Virus record (IMG/VR): IMGVR_UViG_3300003937_000325
Reading direction: 5' to 3' (one strand)
From: a virus
Taxonomy: Duplodnaviria > Caudoviricetes
DNA length: 64,000 bases
Positions 9,375-17,148 of this stretch are shown here, piece by piece. How positions within the stretch are numbered: the stretch's first letter is position 1; every line of letters starts with the position of its first letter. Both the position numbers and the translations under genes were made by a program. A model generated the notes under the pieces. That model saw only the letters and a list, made by a program, of their open reading frames with translations. It was not told the DNA's origin and did no database searches.

Positions 9375-10545
9375 CTCTCCTTCTATATGTTAGAATACGT
9401 TTATTTGGTTGTGGAGTGACTTTATTATTCTCTTTTTTTTCTATATTCTCTGATTGTTCTTCTACGTCACTTTCCAAATCAATCACTTGTGATAATTTAT
9501 CAATTTTTTTCAATAAATCATCAGTTATCACCATACTTTTTTCATTTTCAGTCTCTTTGGTGTCTATTTTACCTAATTCTTTTTCTAATCTACTTAGTAA
9601 TTCGTCAGAAACCTCTAAAGGTTTGGGTTCATCATTAAGTAACTCTTTTTCAATTTTACCCGCCTCTTTTGATATTTCTATGGGATTACCTACTAAATTA
9701 TCTTTTTCTGTATCCTCATTTTCATTTTTACGTTTTAATTGATTAAACATGAAATTAGATGCAATTACTAATGAAATTGCTAATGGGTCAAATACAAAGA
9801 TAATAATTAACAAAAGTACGTTAATTATAATATTCATAGGTTTACCTGTTAATTCACTTAAATATTTTAAAGGACCTAATTCACTTGCTATTTCAGCACT
9901 ACTCTCAGTATCTAAAATTTTAATATCGATACCGTTAATTGAATCGGTAGCGGTCTCCAACCTAATAGATATTTTATCTCTTTGTGCCACCGCAGTATTT
10001 AACTCATTTTGTAATGCCTTTCTTGTACTTGAAGAAGTTGTGGTAATTATTTGACCCGTTTCTTTATCTTTATACTGGATAATATTGTTAGATAGACCAT
10101 CTCTAAGACTTGAAATACTTTTATCTAAGACCCCCTTTTCAGTCATTAAGTAATCTCTACTATCTATAAATCTATTTTTTCTAAGTTCTAAAACTTCAAC
10201 TCTCTTATCAACAATACCCGACTTAGTCGCCGTCTCTTGATATGCCGCAGATAAGAATCCATAGATACCTGCAGAAGTAATAAGTACTAATATTATTGTA
10301 GCCAAAGTTAAGTAGAACCTTAACAATTTATTAATCTTACCCCAATATTGATATAATAGTGATGCAATAACTAATTTAGAAACTTCTAATGATGACGCCA
10401 TTACTATAACCTCAAAGGTCGCTCCCGCAAATAACTTACTAAGTCCTGATACTGAATAAAACGCAGCAGAAACACTCACAGACAAAGCCGAGAGTGCTAC
10501 TACAGTAGGGAAAATACGTTTTTTAATTTCTTTTAAAATACCCAT
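9340..10545 (-). CDS. multi-pass membrane protein with long coiled coil (DUF4407-like architecture)
   Basis: three N-terminal TM helices, coiled coil, ELGPLKYLS, further TM (VLLLIIIFVFDPLAISLVIA), acidic tail. Confidence 0.7.
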   Translation of the reverse strand: MGILKEIKKRIFPTVVALSALSVSVSAAFYSVSGLSKLFAGATFEVIVMASSLEVSKLVIASLLYQYWGKINKLLRFYLTLATIILVLITSAGIYGFLSAAYQETATKSGIVDKRVEVLELRKNRFIDSRDYLMTEKGVLDKSISSLRDGLSNNIIQYKDKETGQIITTTSSSTRKALQNELNTAVAQRDKISIRLETATDSINGIDIKILDTESSAEIASELGPLKYLSELTGKPMNIIINVLLLIIIFVFDPLAISLVIASNFMFNQLKRKNENEDTEKDNLVGNPIEISKEAGKIEKELLNDEPKPLEVSDELLSRLEKELGKIDTKETENEKSMVITDDLLKKIDKLSQVIDLESDVEEQSENIEKKENNKVTPQPNKRILTYRRRDGGENSKTDRT

Positions 10546-10564
10546 AAAGTGATTTTAGTTATCT

Positions 10565-10571
10565 ATAAATA
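10565..10571 (-). promoter_or_regulatory. TATTTAT putative late promoter element heading the lysis operon
   Basis: 19 nt upstream of ATG 10545. Confidence 0.5.
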
Positions 10572-10581
10572 GTTAAAAGTC

Positions 10582-11391
10582 TTATAAGTAATCAAATAAA
10601 GTAGAGCTTTCGTTACGTAATTTACGTAAAGCCTTTTCTTTAATTTGTCTAACCCTTTCTTTAGTTAGGCTAAAATCACCCCCAATATCTTCAAGCGTTC
10701 TTGGTGTGCCCGTTAACCCATAATACTCTTCAACAATATTTCGTTCTCGGTCGTCAAGTACTGACATAATACCAAATAACCTATGTTTTAACTCATCCGC
10801 AGTGTTAAAACCTTCATCTGGTTGTACTGAGTCTACATTCTCAAGTAAATCAATTAGAGTGTCTCCCTCGTCATTAATAAAGTTATCTACTGACGTTGTT
10901 TTTGGTAGACTTGTAAATTTAGAATCTAACTCAGTATTTGTCTTTTGAGCGACTTTTTTGGCTTTATATAAATCTTGAACAACATTAACAGGTAGCCTAA
11001 TCGTCCTTGAGTTTTCATTAAGAGATTGTAAAATAGATTGTTTAATCCACCAAACCGCGTATGATATAAACCTGAGTTTTTTTGTCCAATCAAAATTTTT
11101 GATTGCTTTCATTAAACCATAGTTACCCTCAGCAATTAAATCTGACATATCTAACCCTTGATTCTGATATTGTTTTGCGACCGTAATAACAAACCTGAGA
11201 TTACCTTCTAACAATTCTTTGTGAATTGAGTCTCGTTGTTCTTGTGTACAGTCATTCGAACACATTATATTCGATAACTCTTTTTCTCTTTCGGGAGTCA
11301 TGACATCGATTTGTCTTAAGTCTTTTAAGTACATTTGAATGTCATCTTGATTTAATGTATACATACTGTTGTTGTCTCTAATTTCTCGCAT
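10582..11391 (-). CDS. RNA polymerase sigma70 factor, RpoD/SigA-like lacking region 1.1 (Bacteroidota type)
   Basis: NLRFVITVAKQYQNQG, DLIAEGNYGLMKA, RFISYAVWWIKQSI (2.3/2.4), TLEDIG..FSLTKERVRQIKEKALRKLR (4.2). Confidence 0.92.
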   Translation of the reverse strand: MREIRDNNSMYTLNQDDIQMYLKDLRQIDVMTPEREKELSNIMCSNDCTQEQRDSIHKELLEGNLRFVITVAKQYQNQGLDMSDLIAEGNYGLMKAIKNFDWTKKLRFISYAVWWIKQSILQSLNENSRTIRLPVNVVQDLYKAKKVAQKTNTELDSKFTSLPKTTSVDNFINDEGDTLIDLLENVDSVQPDEGFNTADELKHRLFGIMSVLDDRERNIVEEYYGLTGTPRTLEDIGGDFSLTKERVRQIKEKALRKLRNESSTLFDYL

Positions 11392-11968
11392 ATTCGTCTA
11401 ATATTTGTTTTTCGTATTTAGTTAATTTATCCACACCACTTTCTTTAACCTTTTCAAGTAGTTCATCTAATGTTGGTTTTACAAAGGTAACATTTTTTTT
11501 CAATTTAAGCTCATTTATTAAAGAATCTTCTTCATTGTAAAACATATTATCAATTTCATCTTTATCAAAATTCTTCATACTATTCTGTAAGAAGTAATCC
11601 ATAATCTTTAACATTTCATCATCATCCTGTTTATTAGGCATTTTTTCATACTGCATATTTTCCGTTTCTAAATCAAATAAATTCAATTTTAACGTATCAT
11701 CAATATGTACCGCCATCTTATTAGGATGTTCAAATAAATACCACTGGTCGACAATTAATCCTATAGTACTGTCAATAAATTCTCTTAAATCCTCAAATTT
11801 TAGATTTGATTCAAAATTACAGACCACATGCGTATCGGTATGGTTGTATTTGAGATACTTTGAGGAACTTACTGGTGATAATTGTAACGGTATATCTTTT
11901 AGGATTGTTGAACCCTTTTCGAACTCCGAAAAAATAAACAACATATAAGGTTTAGACTTTTCTTGCAT
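11378..11968 (-). CDS. hypothetical protein with C-terminal DUF6576-like helix bundle
   Basis: start reassigned to MQEKSKPY (ATG 11968); C-terminal TLDELLEKVKESGVDKLTKYEKQILDEY matches the LD.ILDKI...G..SLT..EK..L pattern. Confidence 0.65.
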   Translation of the reverse strand: MQEKSKPYMLFIFSEFEKGSTILKDIPLQLSPVSSSKYLKYNHTDTHVVCNFESNLKFEDLREFIDSTIGLIVDQWYLFEHPNKMAVHIDDTLKLNLFDLETENMQYEKMPNKQDDDEMLKIMDYFLQNSMKNFDKDEIDNMFYNEEDSLINELKLKKNVTFVKPTLDELLEKVKESGVDKLTKYEKQILDEYARN

Positions 11969-11994
11969 ATTACACTTTTTTTTAATTCTAATTA

Positions 11995-12001
11995 TATTTA
12001 T
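11995..12001 (+). promoter_or_regulatory. TATTTAT putative late promoter element
   Basis: on + strand, 18 nt upstream of ATG 12020. Confidence 0.5.
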
Positions 12002-12019
12002 AAGAAAAAACAAATTATT

Positions 12020-12883
12020 ATGAAAAAACTTGTCATTCCTGAATCTGAGCTTACAAATATAATACAAAAAGCCGTAGAAAAAAAACTTATTGAACAAGAT
12101 TTTACTATCGAACCTCAAATAAGTAAAACACCAAGAGAAACTGAATTAGAAAATGTGTTTGGTAAATACAGTGGTGAGATACCTGCTGATATTGTTAGAT
12201 ACATGAGAAAAAATCCTAAGATTGTTATAAACCGTTTACTAGATATCTATGGACCTAAGATGTTAGAATATATGACCGATATGGTTATTGATGATGAAAC
12301 AGAACCAATTAATGAAGATTCCGCAGATGAAAATAAAGATGGTGTCATAAGTCCTAATGAACTTTATAGACATTTTGATTTAGATAAAGATGGTGTGGTA
12401 ACAATGGAAGACTACGCAGCTCATGTAGATTTTCATTGTGAAAATCCAGATTTACTTCAACCTTACAGAGAAACTGAAGAATACATAAGTAAGATGGATG
12501 ATGAACGTGATGACTTTGTCGATTTTTTTAACTCGTTAGAGGGTGTAGATTTTCATAATAATGTAGTTTCAGAACAATTTGATGAAGACGAAGACGAAGA
12601 AGAAGAGTTTATTAAATACCCTGTAGATGATTTTGACTTTGAGATGGATGAATCTGACATTAATGACATTTACGACCACAAAGGACCTTTAAGAAGGTTT
12701 AGAGGGTCAATTTATATTGACGATATGGTACCTGAGACAGATGATAAAGAATATGATAGAGCAGTGGCTAAAAAAATGTTAGAATTTTACAGAAGTCAAA
12801 TTAAAAATAGAGAAACTTATGTTGGAGGTGTAGGATTTAAACAAAGAAGTTTATTAGACCCGTATGATAATATGGACTTCTAA
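12020..12883 (+). CDS. acidic protein with a pair of EF-hand Ca2+-binding loops
   Basis: DENKDGVISPNE and DLDKDGVVTMED 12-residue loops; start reassigned to MKKLVIPESEL. Confidence 0.75.
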   Translation: MKKLVIPESELTNIIQKAVEKKLIEQDFTIEPQISKTPRETELENVFGKYSGEIPADIVRYMRKNPKIVINRLLDIYGPKMLEYMTDMVIDDETEPINEDSADENKDGVISPNELYRHFDLDKDGVVTMEDYAAHVDFHCENPDLLQPYRETEEYISKMDDERDDFVDFFNSLEGVDFHNNVVSEQFDEDEDEEEEFIKYPVDDFDFEMDESDINDIYDHKGPLRRFRGSIYIDDMVPETDDKEYDRAVAKKMLEFYRSQIKNRETYVGGVGFKQRSLLDPYDNMDF

Positions 12884-12902
12884 CTCTTAACATAATAAAA
12901 CT

Positions 12903-12930
12903 AAAAACCCACCAATCGGTGGGTTTTTTT
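12903..12930. terminator. bidirectional Rho-independent terminator
   Basis: AAAAACCCACC-AATC-GGTGGGTTTTTTT between convergent genes 12020..12883 and 12936..13400. Confidence 0.85.
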
Positions 12931-12935
12931 ATGGT

Positions 12936-13400
12936 TTAAACCATTTGAAGAGTTATGTTTTTAAAACTATCTACTAACACTCCGTAAGCGGGGTCGGCCC
13001 ATGTTTTAGAACCGATGGATTTCCAGTGATTATAGTCAGCCATCTTAGGAAAACCAGAGTGGATATCTCCAACCGTTAAATTCTCGATAATAACTTTATC
13101 AATTATGTAGAATTTACTAGCTTTCATAGCTAAGACCGTTTGATAGTTACCGTATTGGTTTTTTACTTCAAGGGTATGTAGTCGATTCTTTTCCCATCGA
13201 GTGGCAATCTGTGAAAGTTTACCTTTACCCTCTGAAATCGTTAGAAACCCTGCAACACACTTAGTGATTGCTCTGTACTCATACTCAGTTTCAGAATCAA
13301 AGCCGTTATCATTTACCATGAATTTACACATTTTACCATTAACTGATTGCTCTACTGAAAACCCTTTACCCATTACGTTGTTATACTCTTTAATATACAT
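12936..13400 (-). CDS. hypothetical protein (early-type)
   Basis: 154-aa ORF with a host-type promoter upstream. Confidence 0.7.
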   Translation of the reverse strand: MYIKEYNNVMGKGFSVEQSVNGKMCKFMVNDNGFDSETEYEYRAITKCVAGFLTISEGKGKLSQIATRWEKNRLHTLEVKNQYGNYQTVLAMKASKFYIIDKVIIENLTVGDIHSGFPKMADYNHWKSIGSKTWADPAYGVLVDSFKNITLQMV

Positions 13401-13440
13401 ATCTTTCCTTTTTTTATATTGTTAAACCCTTATTGTTCTA

Positions 13441-13448
13441 CAAATATA
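13441..13448 (-). promoter_or_regulatory. Bacteroidota -7 element TATATTTG
   Basis: minus strand cgTATATTTGta 40 nt upstream of ATG 13400; only a T-run at the -33 position. Confidence 0.6.
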
Positions 13449-13481
13449 CGGCAGATTTATCTATAAAAAAAATATTTAACA

Positions 13482-13643
13482 CTATATCTTCACAACTTCG
13501 CTAAATTTTACTGGTTTTGTCAATACCGTACCTATACTAAAATTTTGTTTTAAAATTAAACCATCTTCTCTAACTTCCTGAATAATGTATGTCGAATCTA
13601 ACCAACTAACCGTCTCACCAATTACAAACATGTCAACACTCAT
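13482..13643 (-). CDS. 53-aa hypothetical protein (not in ORF track)
   Basis: MSVDMFVIGETVSWLDSTYIIQEVREDGLILKQNFSIGTVLTKPVKFSEVVKI*, fills the gap exactly. Confidence 0.6.
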   Translation of the reverse strand: MSVDMFVIGETVSWLDSTYIIQEVREDGLILKQNFSIGTVLTKPVKFSEVVKI

Positions 13644-13647
13644 ATAA

Positions 13648-14199
13648 TCACTGACACTTAATTACGTAATGTACTTGTCTACGAAAACCATTGTACTGTT
13701 CATCTGAATTACCGTAAAGAATACCATCTACCAAAGCTAATGCGTGTCCCTTAACAATCATAAAGTAATTGCCTTTTGGGTGTTGTTCCATAAAAGACTT
13801 AACTGTATACCCCGTTTCTTTTTTATATTTAGGGTTGGTAAGTTTTTTTCTACCTCCGAAAGACTTTGTTGGATGGTAACCCATAAGTCTCATTTTCTTA
13901 CCATTTTTTTGTTTACCTAAAATATTTTTAAGATAAACTGAAGTGTAAGTCCCTTTACAATTTGTTCGATTAAATTTATCAGAGACAAATTTGTGAGCCT
14001 TATCGTAAGGTAAGTCTAATGACATCATAAATGCTCTAACCACACAATCGTTACGTTCAGACTTCGCAACTTTACTTTGTGATTGAGCGATAACGTTTGA
14101 GTCCCTGAAATACGTGTCTTTGATTTTTTTTCTAGTCACTTCCCCACCCCAACGAGTCTCAACTGTAGTTGTTTCAATTATGTCGTATTTTTTTGCCAT
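13648..14199 (-). CDS. hypothetical basic protein
   Basis: 183-aa ORF; ERNDCVVRAF and VKGHALAL motifs suggest a Cys/His (papain-like) fold, not confirmed. Confidence 0.7.
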   Translation of the reverse strand: MAKKYDIIETTTVETRWGGEVTRKKIKDTYFRDSNVIAQSQSKVAKSERNDCVVRAFMMSLDLPYDKAHKFVSDKFNRTNCKGTYTSVYLKNILGKQKNGKKMRLMGYHPTKSFGGRKKLTNPKYKKETGYTVKSFMEQHPKGNYFMIVKGHALALVDGILYGNSDEQYNGFRRQVHYVIKCQ

Positions 14200-14217
14200 A
14201 TTTCCTTGTTTGTTTTA

Positions 14218-14248
14218 CAAATATACGACATTAATTCTAATCTACAAA
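14218..14248 (-). promoter_or_regulatory. Bacteroidota housekeeping-sigma promoter (-33 TTTG / -7 TAnnTTTG)
   Basis: TTTG-tagattagaattaatgtcg(19 nt)-TATATTTG, 18 nt before ATG 14199. Confidence 0.8.
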
Positions 14249-14259
14249 ACGTAAGAAAG

Positions 14260-15117
14260 TTATTTTACTGAATTAATATAATTCTCTATTAAATGTTTTG
14301 GTTTCCAATTTAAAATCTCCTCAGTATCAGTTTTAAACTCCTCACTAGTAAATCTTTCTCCTCGTCTTTCAGGTATAAACTCCCAATCACCAAACATCTC
14401 GGCTATCTGTATTATAGTATGATTAACACCACTTCTAAGATGCCACTCATGGTTTTTACTCTGTTCACTTATCAGTATTAACCCGTCCACAATATCACCA
14501 ACATGTGTAAAATCTCTCTGTTGGTTACCTGGTTCAACAACCGTTAAATTTTCCCCATTATTATATTGTCTTTCAAATATACCTATAACAGTCGCGTAAT
14601 CACCATCAGTTATTTGACAAGGACCATAAACATTATAAAAATAAACAATTTCATAATTTAAATCGTACCACTTACCATAATTTTTGATTAATTCAACCAT
14701 CTTAGCTTTAACCCAAGAATAAGGGGATAAGTTTTCATCTTCACCATCATTTCCAAACTTTGATGATGATGCCGAATAAATTAACTTACTACCCCATTGT
14801 TTACACTTTTCAATTAACTTAGATGTTGAATATAAATTAGTCTCAATAAGGTAATCAACATCATCAAAAGATTTAACTATTCTTGAATATTCACCAAAGT
14901 GATATACGACATCGGGAATAATACCCCCACCACTATCGATGTAATCATTAACTGATATGTCTACGTAAGTCACATTTGGCGAATCAATATGATTTTCTTT
15001 TTTACCTGTAAAATAGTTGTCAACAGAGATTACTTTATAACTAGGATATTTATTAACTATACTTTTTATTAGGTTAGAACCTACAAAACCTGCACCCCCT
15101 GTAACTAATATGTTCAT
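14260..15117 (-). CDS. NAD-dependent nucleotide-sugar epimerase/dehydratase (extended SDR)
   Basis: NILVTGGAGFVGS, YSASSSKFG, YSWVK (YxxxK), YFYNVYGP, RDFTHVGDIV; start set at MNILVTGG. Confidence 0.9.
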   Translation of the reverse strand: MNILVTGGAGFVGSNLIKSIVNKYPSYKVISVDNYFTGKKENHIDSPNVTYVDISVNDYIDSGGGIIPDVVYHFGEYSRIVKSFDDVDYLIETNLYSTSKLIEKCKQWGSKLIYSASSSKFGNDGEDENLSPYSWVKAKMVELIKNYGKWYDLNYEIVYFYNVYGPCQITDGDYATVIGIFERQYNNGENLTVVEPGNQQRDFTHVGDIVDGLILISEQSKNHEWHLRSGVNHTIIQIAEMFGDWEFIPERRGERFTSEEFKTDTEEILNWKPKHLIENYINSVK

Positions 15118-15118
15118 A

Positions 15119-15655
15119 CTACACTCTTTTTGAATAACCAACTATTTGGTAAAAATCTTTTATTCCATCACAGTAATCTAAGATTAACTGCAATAAGGCT
15201 TTAAACATAAACGCACCTTCACTTTGTTTTTCACATCTAATAAATAGTTCAATAAATGTTGTTAAGGTATCCATTTGATAGTATCCGTGACCGTTTAGTT
15301 CATTGTATACTTCATCCAACTCATCTTTAACTTTTAATTCGTAATTATCTCTTTCATCAGTAGTCTTAAATGGTTCCATTTGGTCATACTTGTCTAACAT
15401 ATTATATACGAAACCTCTAACCAAACCTTTATTGTATTCACACTTAACAAGTAAATCAACAATCCAATGAGTATGACTTGGGGTTCTTAATCGTTTTCCA
15501 GGTTCCCTATATTTTACAATAAAGTCTAAATCAGGGTTATCCCCTCTAAATCCTTGATAGGTGGCAATATGTGTACCATCTCTCATTTTATAATATTTTA
15601 GTGGTGGATAGTACTCGTCTGTCCCTCTTTTCTTGTATGTTAACTCTTTTACCAT
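15119..15655 (-). CDS. hypothetical protein
   Basis: 178-aa ORF in operon context; no recognised family. Confidence 0.7.
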   Translation of the reverse strand: MVKELTYKKRGTDEYYPPLKYYKMRDGTHIATYQGFRGDNPDLDFIVKYREPGKRLRTPSHTHWIVDLLVKCEYNKGLVRGFVYNMLDKYDQMEPFKTTDERDNYELKVKDELDEVYNELNGHGYYQMDTLTTFIELFIRCEKQSEGAFMFKALLQLILDYCDGIKDFYQIVGYSKRV

Positions 15656-15680
15656 TTTATTTATTTTAAATTAATATTTT

Positions 15681-16139
15681 TTAAAAATCTCCCTCCGCAA
15701 CTTGAAATACGTTTAACCCATTACTTCTCCACATGTCAACCACTTTATTCCTATCGTCAAAGACCGCAAATACATCTTCTTTATTTGTGAATAAAGTATC
15801 TAACCAACCTTGTTTCAAATCATCATCAGACATAAACTTAAATTGTTTATTATCTGGTCTCATCTTTAAAACATCAAATGGTACATTAAAATTTTCTAAC
15901 CATTTTTTAGTCACATCTTTAGTAGTTTTTAATCTACCACTAAGGATAACAATTCTGAACCCACTATCTTTAAACATTTGAGCAACTTTTATAACTGGTT
16001 GATTCGGTTTATCTAAATTTATATTATTAGGGTCAAAAAATATATCCCAATCAATTTTACCATTATCCTTAGTTGATAGTGTTCGTCTATCATCTATAAG
16101 TGCTAATGTCCCGTCTAAATCAAATATAATACTTTTCAT
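15681..16139 (-). CDS. HAD-family phosphatase like the 3'-phosphatase domain of T4 polynucleotide kinase
   Basis: IIFDLDGTLA, ILSGR, LKMRP, FDDRNKVVDMWRSNGLNVFQVAEGDF. Confidence 0.85.
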   Translation of the reverse strand: MKSIIFDLDGTLALIDDRRTLSTKDNGKIDWDIFFDPNNINLDKPNQPVIKVAQMFKDSGFRIVILSGRLKTTKDVTKKWLENFNVPFDVLKMRPDNKQFKFMSDDDLKQGWLDTLFTNKEDVFAVFDDRNKVVDMWRSNGLNVFQVAEGDF

Positions 16140-16142
16140 ACT

Positions 16143-16256
16143 TTAAAACATTTTAGGTATTTGAAAACATAAGAAAGTTACATATAATAGGGCGGCTAAA
16201 ATTAATACCACATCAACACTTTCAATTTTCTTAATTATTGTTTTTATATTTTTCAT
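16143..16256 (-). CDS. 37-aa single-TM peptide (not in ORF track)
   Basis: MKNIKTIIKKIESVDVVLILAALLYVTFLCFQIPKMF*; ATGA-coupled to the upstream ORF. Confidence 0.5.
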   Translation of the reverse strand: MKNIKTIIKKIESVDVVLILAALLYVTFLCFQIPKMF

Positions 16257-16402
16257 CTCTCTTTGGTTTTAAAGGTTTCTGCTTTGTAGTTCTTGATGCA
16301 TTCTTCTTCCATCAACTCTACCATTTTAGAGTAAGAGATTTCTTCTCTATTAAGTTTCCATTCCAACTCTCTTACAAATCCTTGCTTTAAGTATTTACCC
16401 AT
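16253..16402 (-). CDS. 49-aa hypothetical protein (not in ORF track)
   Basis: MGKYLKQGFVRELEWKLNREEISYSKMVELMEEECIKNYKAETFKTKER*. Confidence 0.55.
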   Translation of the reverse strand: MGKYLKQGFVRELEWKLNREEISYSKMVELMEEECIKNYKAETFKTKER

Positions 16403-16413
16403 TGTCTTTGGTG

Positions 16414-16653
16414 TTAAAGGTTATCTCTTACTGAATTTTTATGTAACATTTGACTAGTTTGAGCAATACCAAAGCTCACCCAATTATCACTATTGTTAAA
16501 CTGAGCTCGGCAATGATTCATTATACCTTCTCCATCAAGTCCCCATTCTAATTGTTTCCCTGAAGCATCTGTAACTGGATGCCATTTAGTCTCCCATCCA
16601 TCATGAAGGAAAGTAACCCAAGCCATTTCTTTATTTAAATCTATATTTTCCAT
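16414..16653 (-). CDS. hypothetical protein
   Basis: 79-aa ORF headed by a host-type promoter. Confidence 0.65.
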   Translation of the reverse strand: MENIDLNKEMAWVTFLHDGWETKWHPVTDASGKQLEWGLDGEGIMNHCRAQFNNSDNWVSFGIAQTSQMLHKNSVRDNL

Positions 16654-16671
16654 ATCTATAAGTTTAGACTA

Positions 16672-16679
16672 CAAAGATA
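16672..16679 (-). promoter_or_regulatory. Bacteroidota -7 element TATCTTTG
   Basis: minus strand tTATCTTTGta 18 nt upstream of ATG 16653. Confidence 0.6.
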
Positions 16680-16694
16680 ATAAAAAAATTTCAA

Positions 16695-17147
16695 TTAAAC
16701 GTTATCATTGTAAAAAATTACCTCAACACCGCTTTCTTTAAACATTTGTAAACTTCTTTTTGCGTGTTCGTCCCAATATTCTCTATTTCTAGTGGTGTCT
16801 TTTATCTTACAGTGTATTCTTTTAATCCCCGAACTTATTATACCTTTAGCACAATCACTACATGGTATACCACAGGTTAAGTACATTGTACTTTCTCTTA
16901 AACTAACACCTATACGTGCCGCGTTATATATAGCGTTTCTCTCTGCGTGTTCAATCCAATAATACTTTTCAGGTCGTTCCTGTCTTTCTTCAATATTATC
17001 ATTAATACCACGAGGAAAAGAGTTATAACCTGTTGATACAATTTCATTATCTTTTCCGACAATTACTGCACCAATATGTGTCCTCTTATCCTTACTCTTT
17101 TCTTTTACCTGTTCCGCAATATTTAAAAAATATCTATCCCATTCCAT
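16695..17147 (-). CDS. dCMP deaminase (ComEB-like)
   Basis: GYNSFPRG, HAERNAI, PCSDCAK zinc/catalytic motifs. Confidence 0.92.
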   Translation of the reverse strand: MEWDRYFLNIAEQVKEKSKDKRTHIGAVIVGKDNEIVSTGYNSFPRGINDNIEERQERPEKYYWIEHAERNAIYNAARIGVSLRESTMYLTCGIPCSDCAKGIISSGIKRIHCKIKDTTRNREYWDEHAKRSLQMFKESGVEVIFYNDNV

Positions 17148-17148
17148 T

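Noticed and set aside
11969-12118. ORF-track N-terminal extensions of 11378..12118 (-) and 11963..12883 (+), which would overlap head-to-head
   Set aside because: the extensions are low-complexity intergenic-like sequence; starts at 11968 and 12020 remove the overlap and place TATTTAT properly
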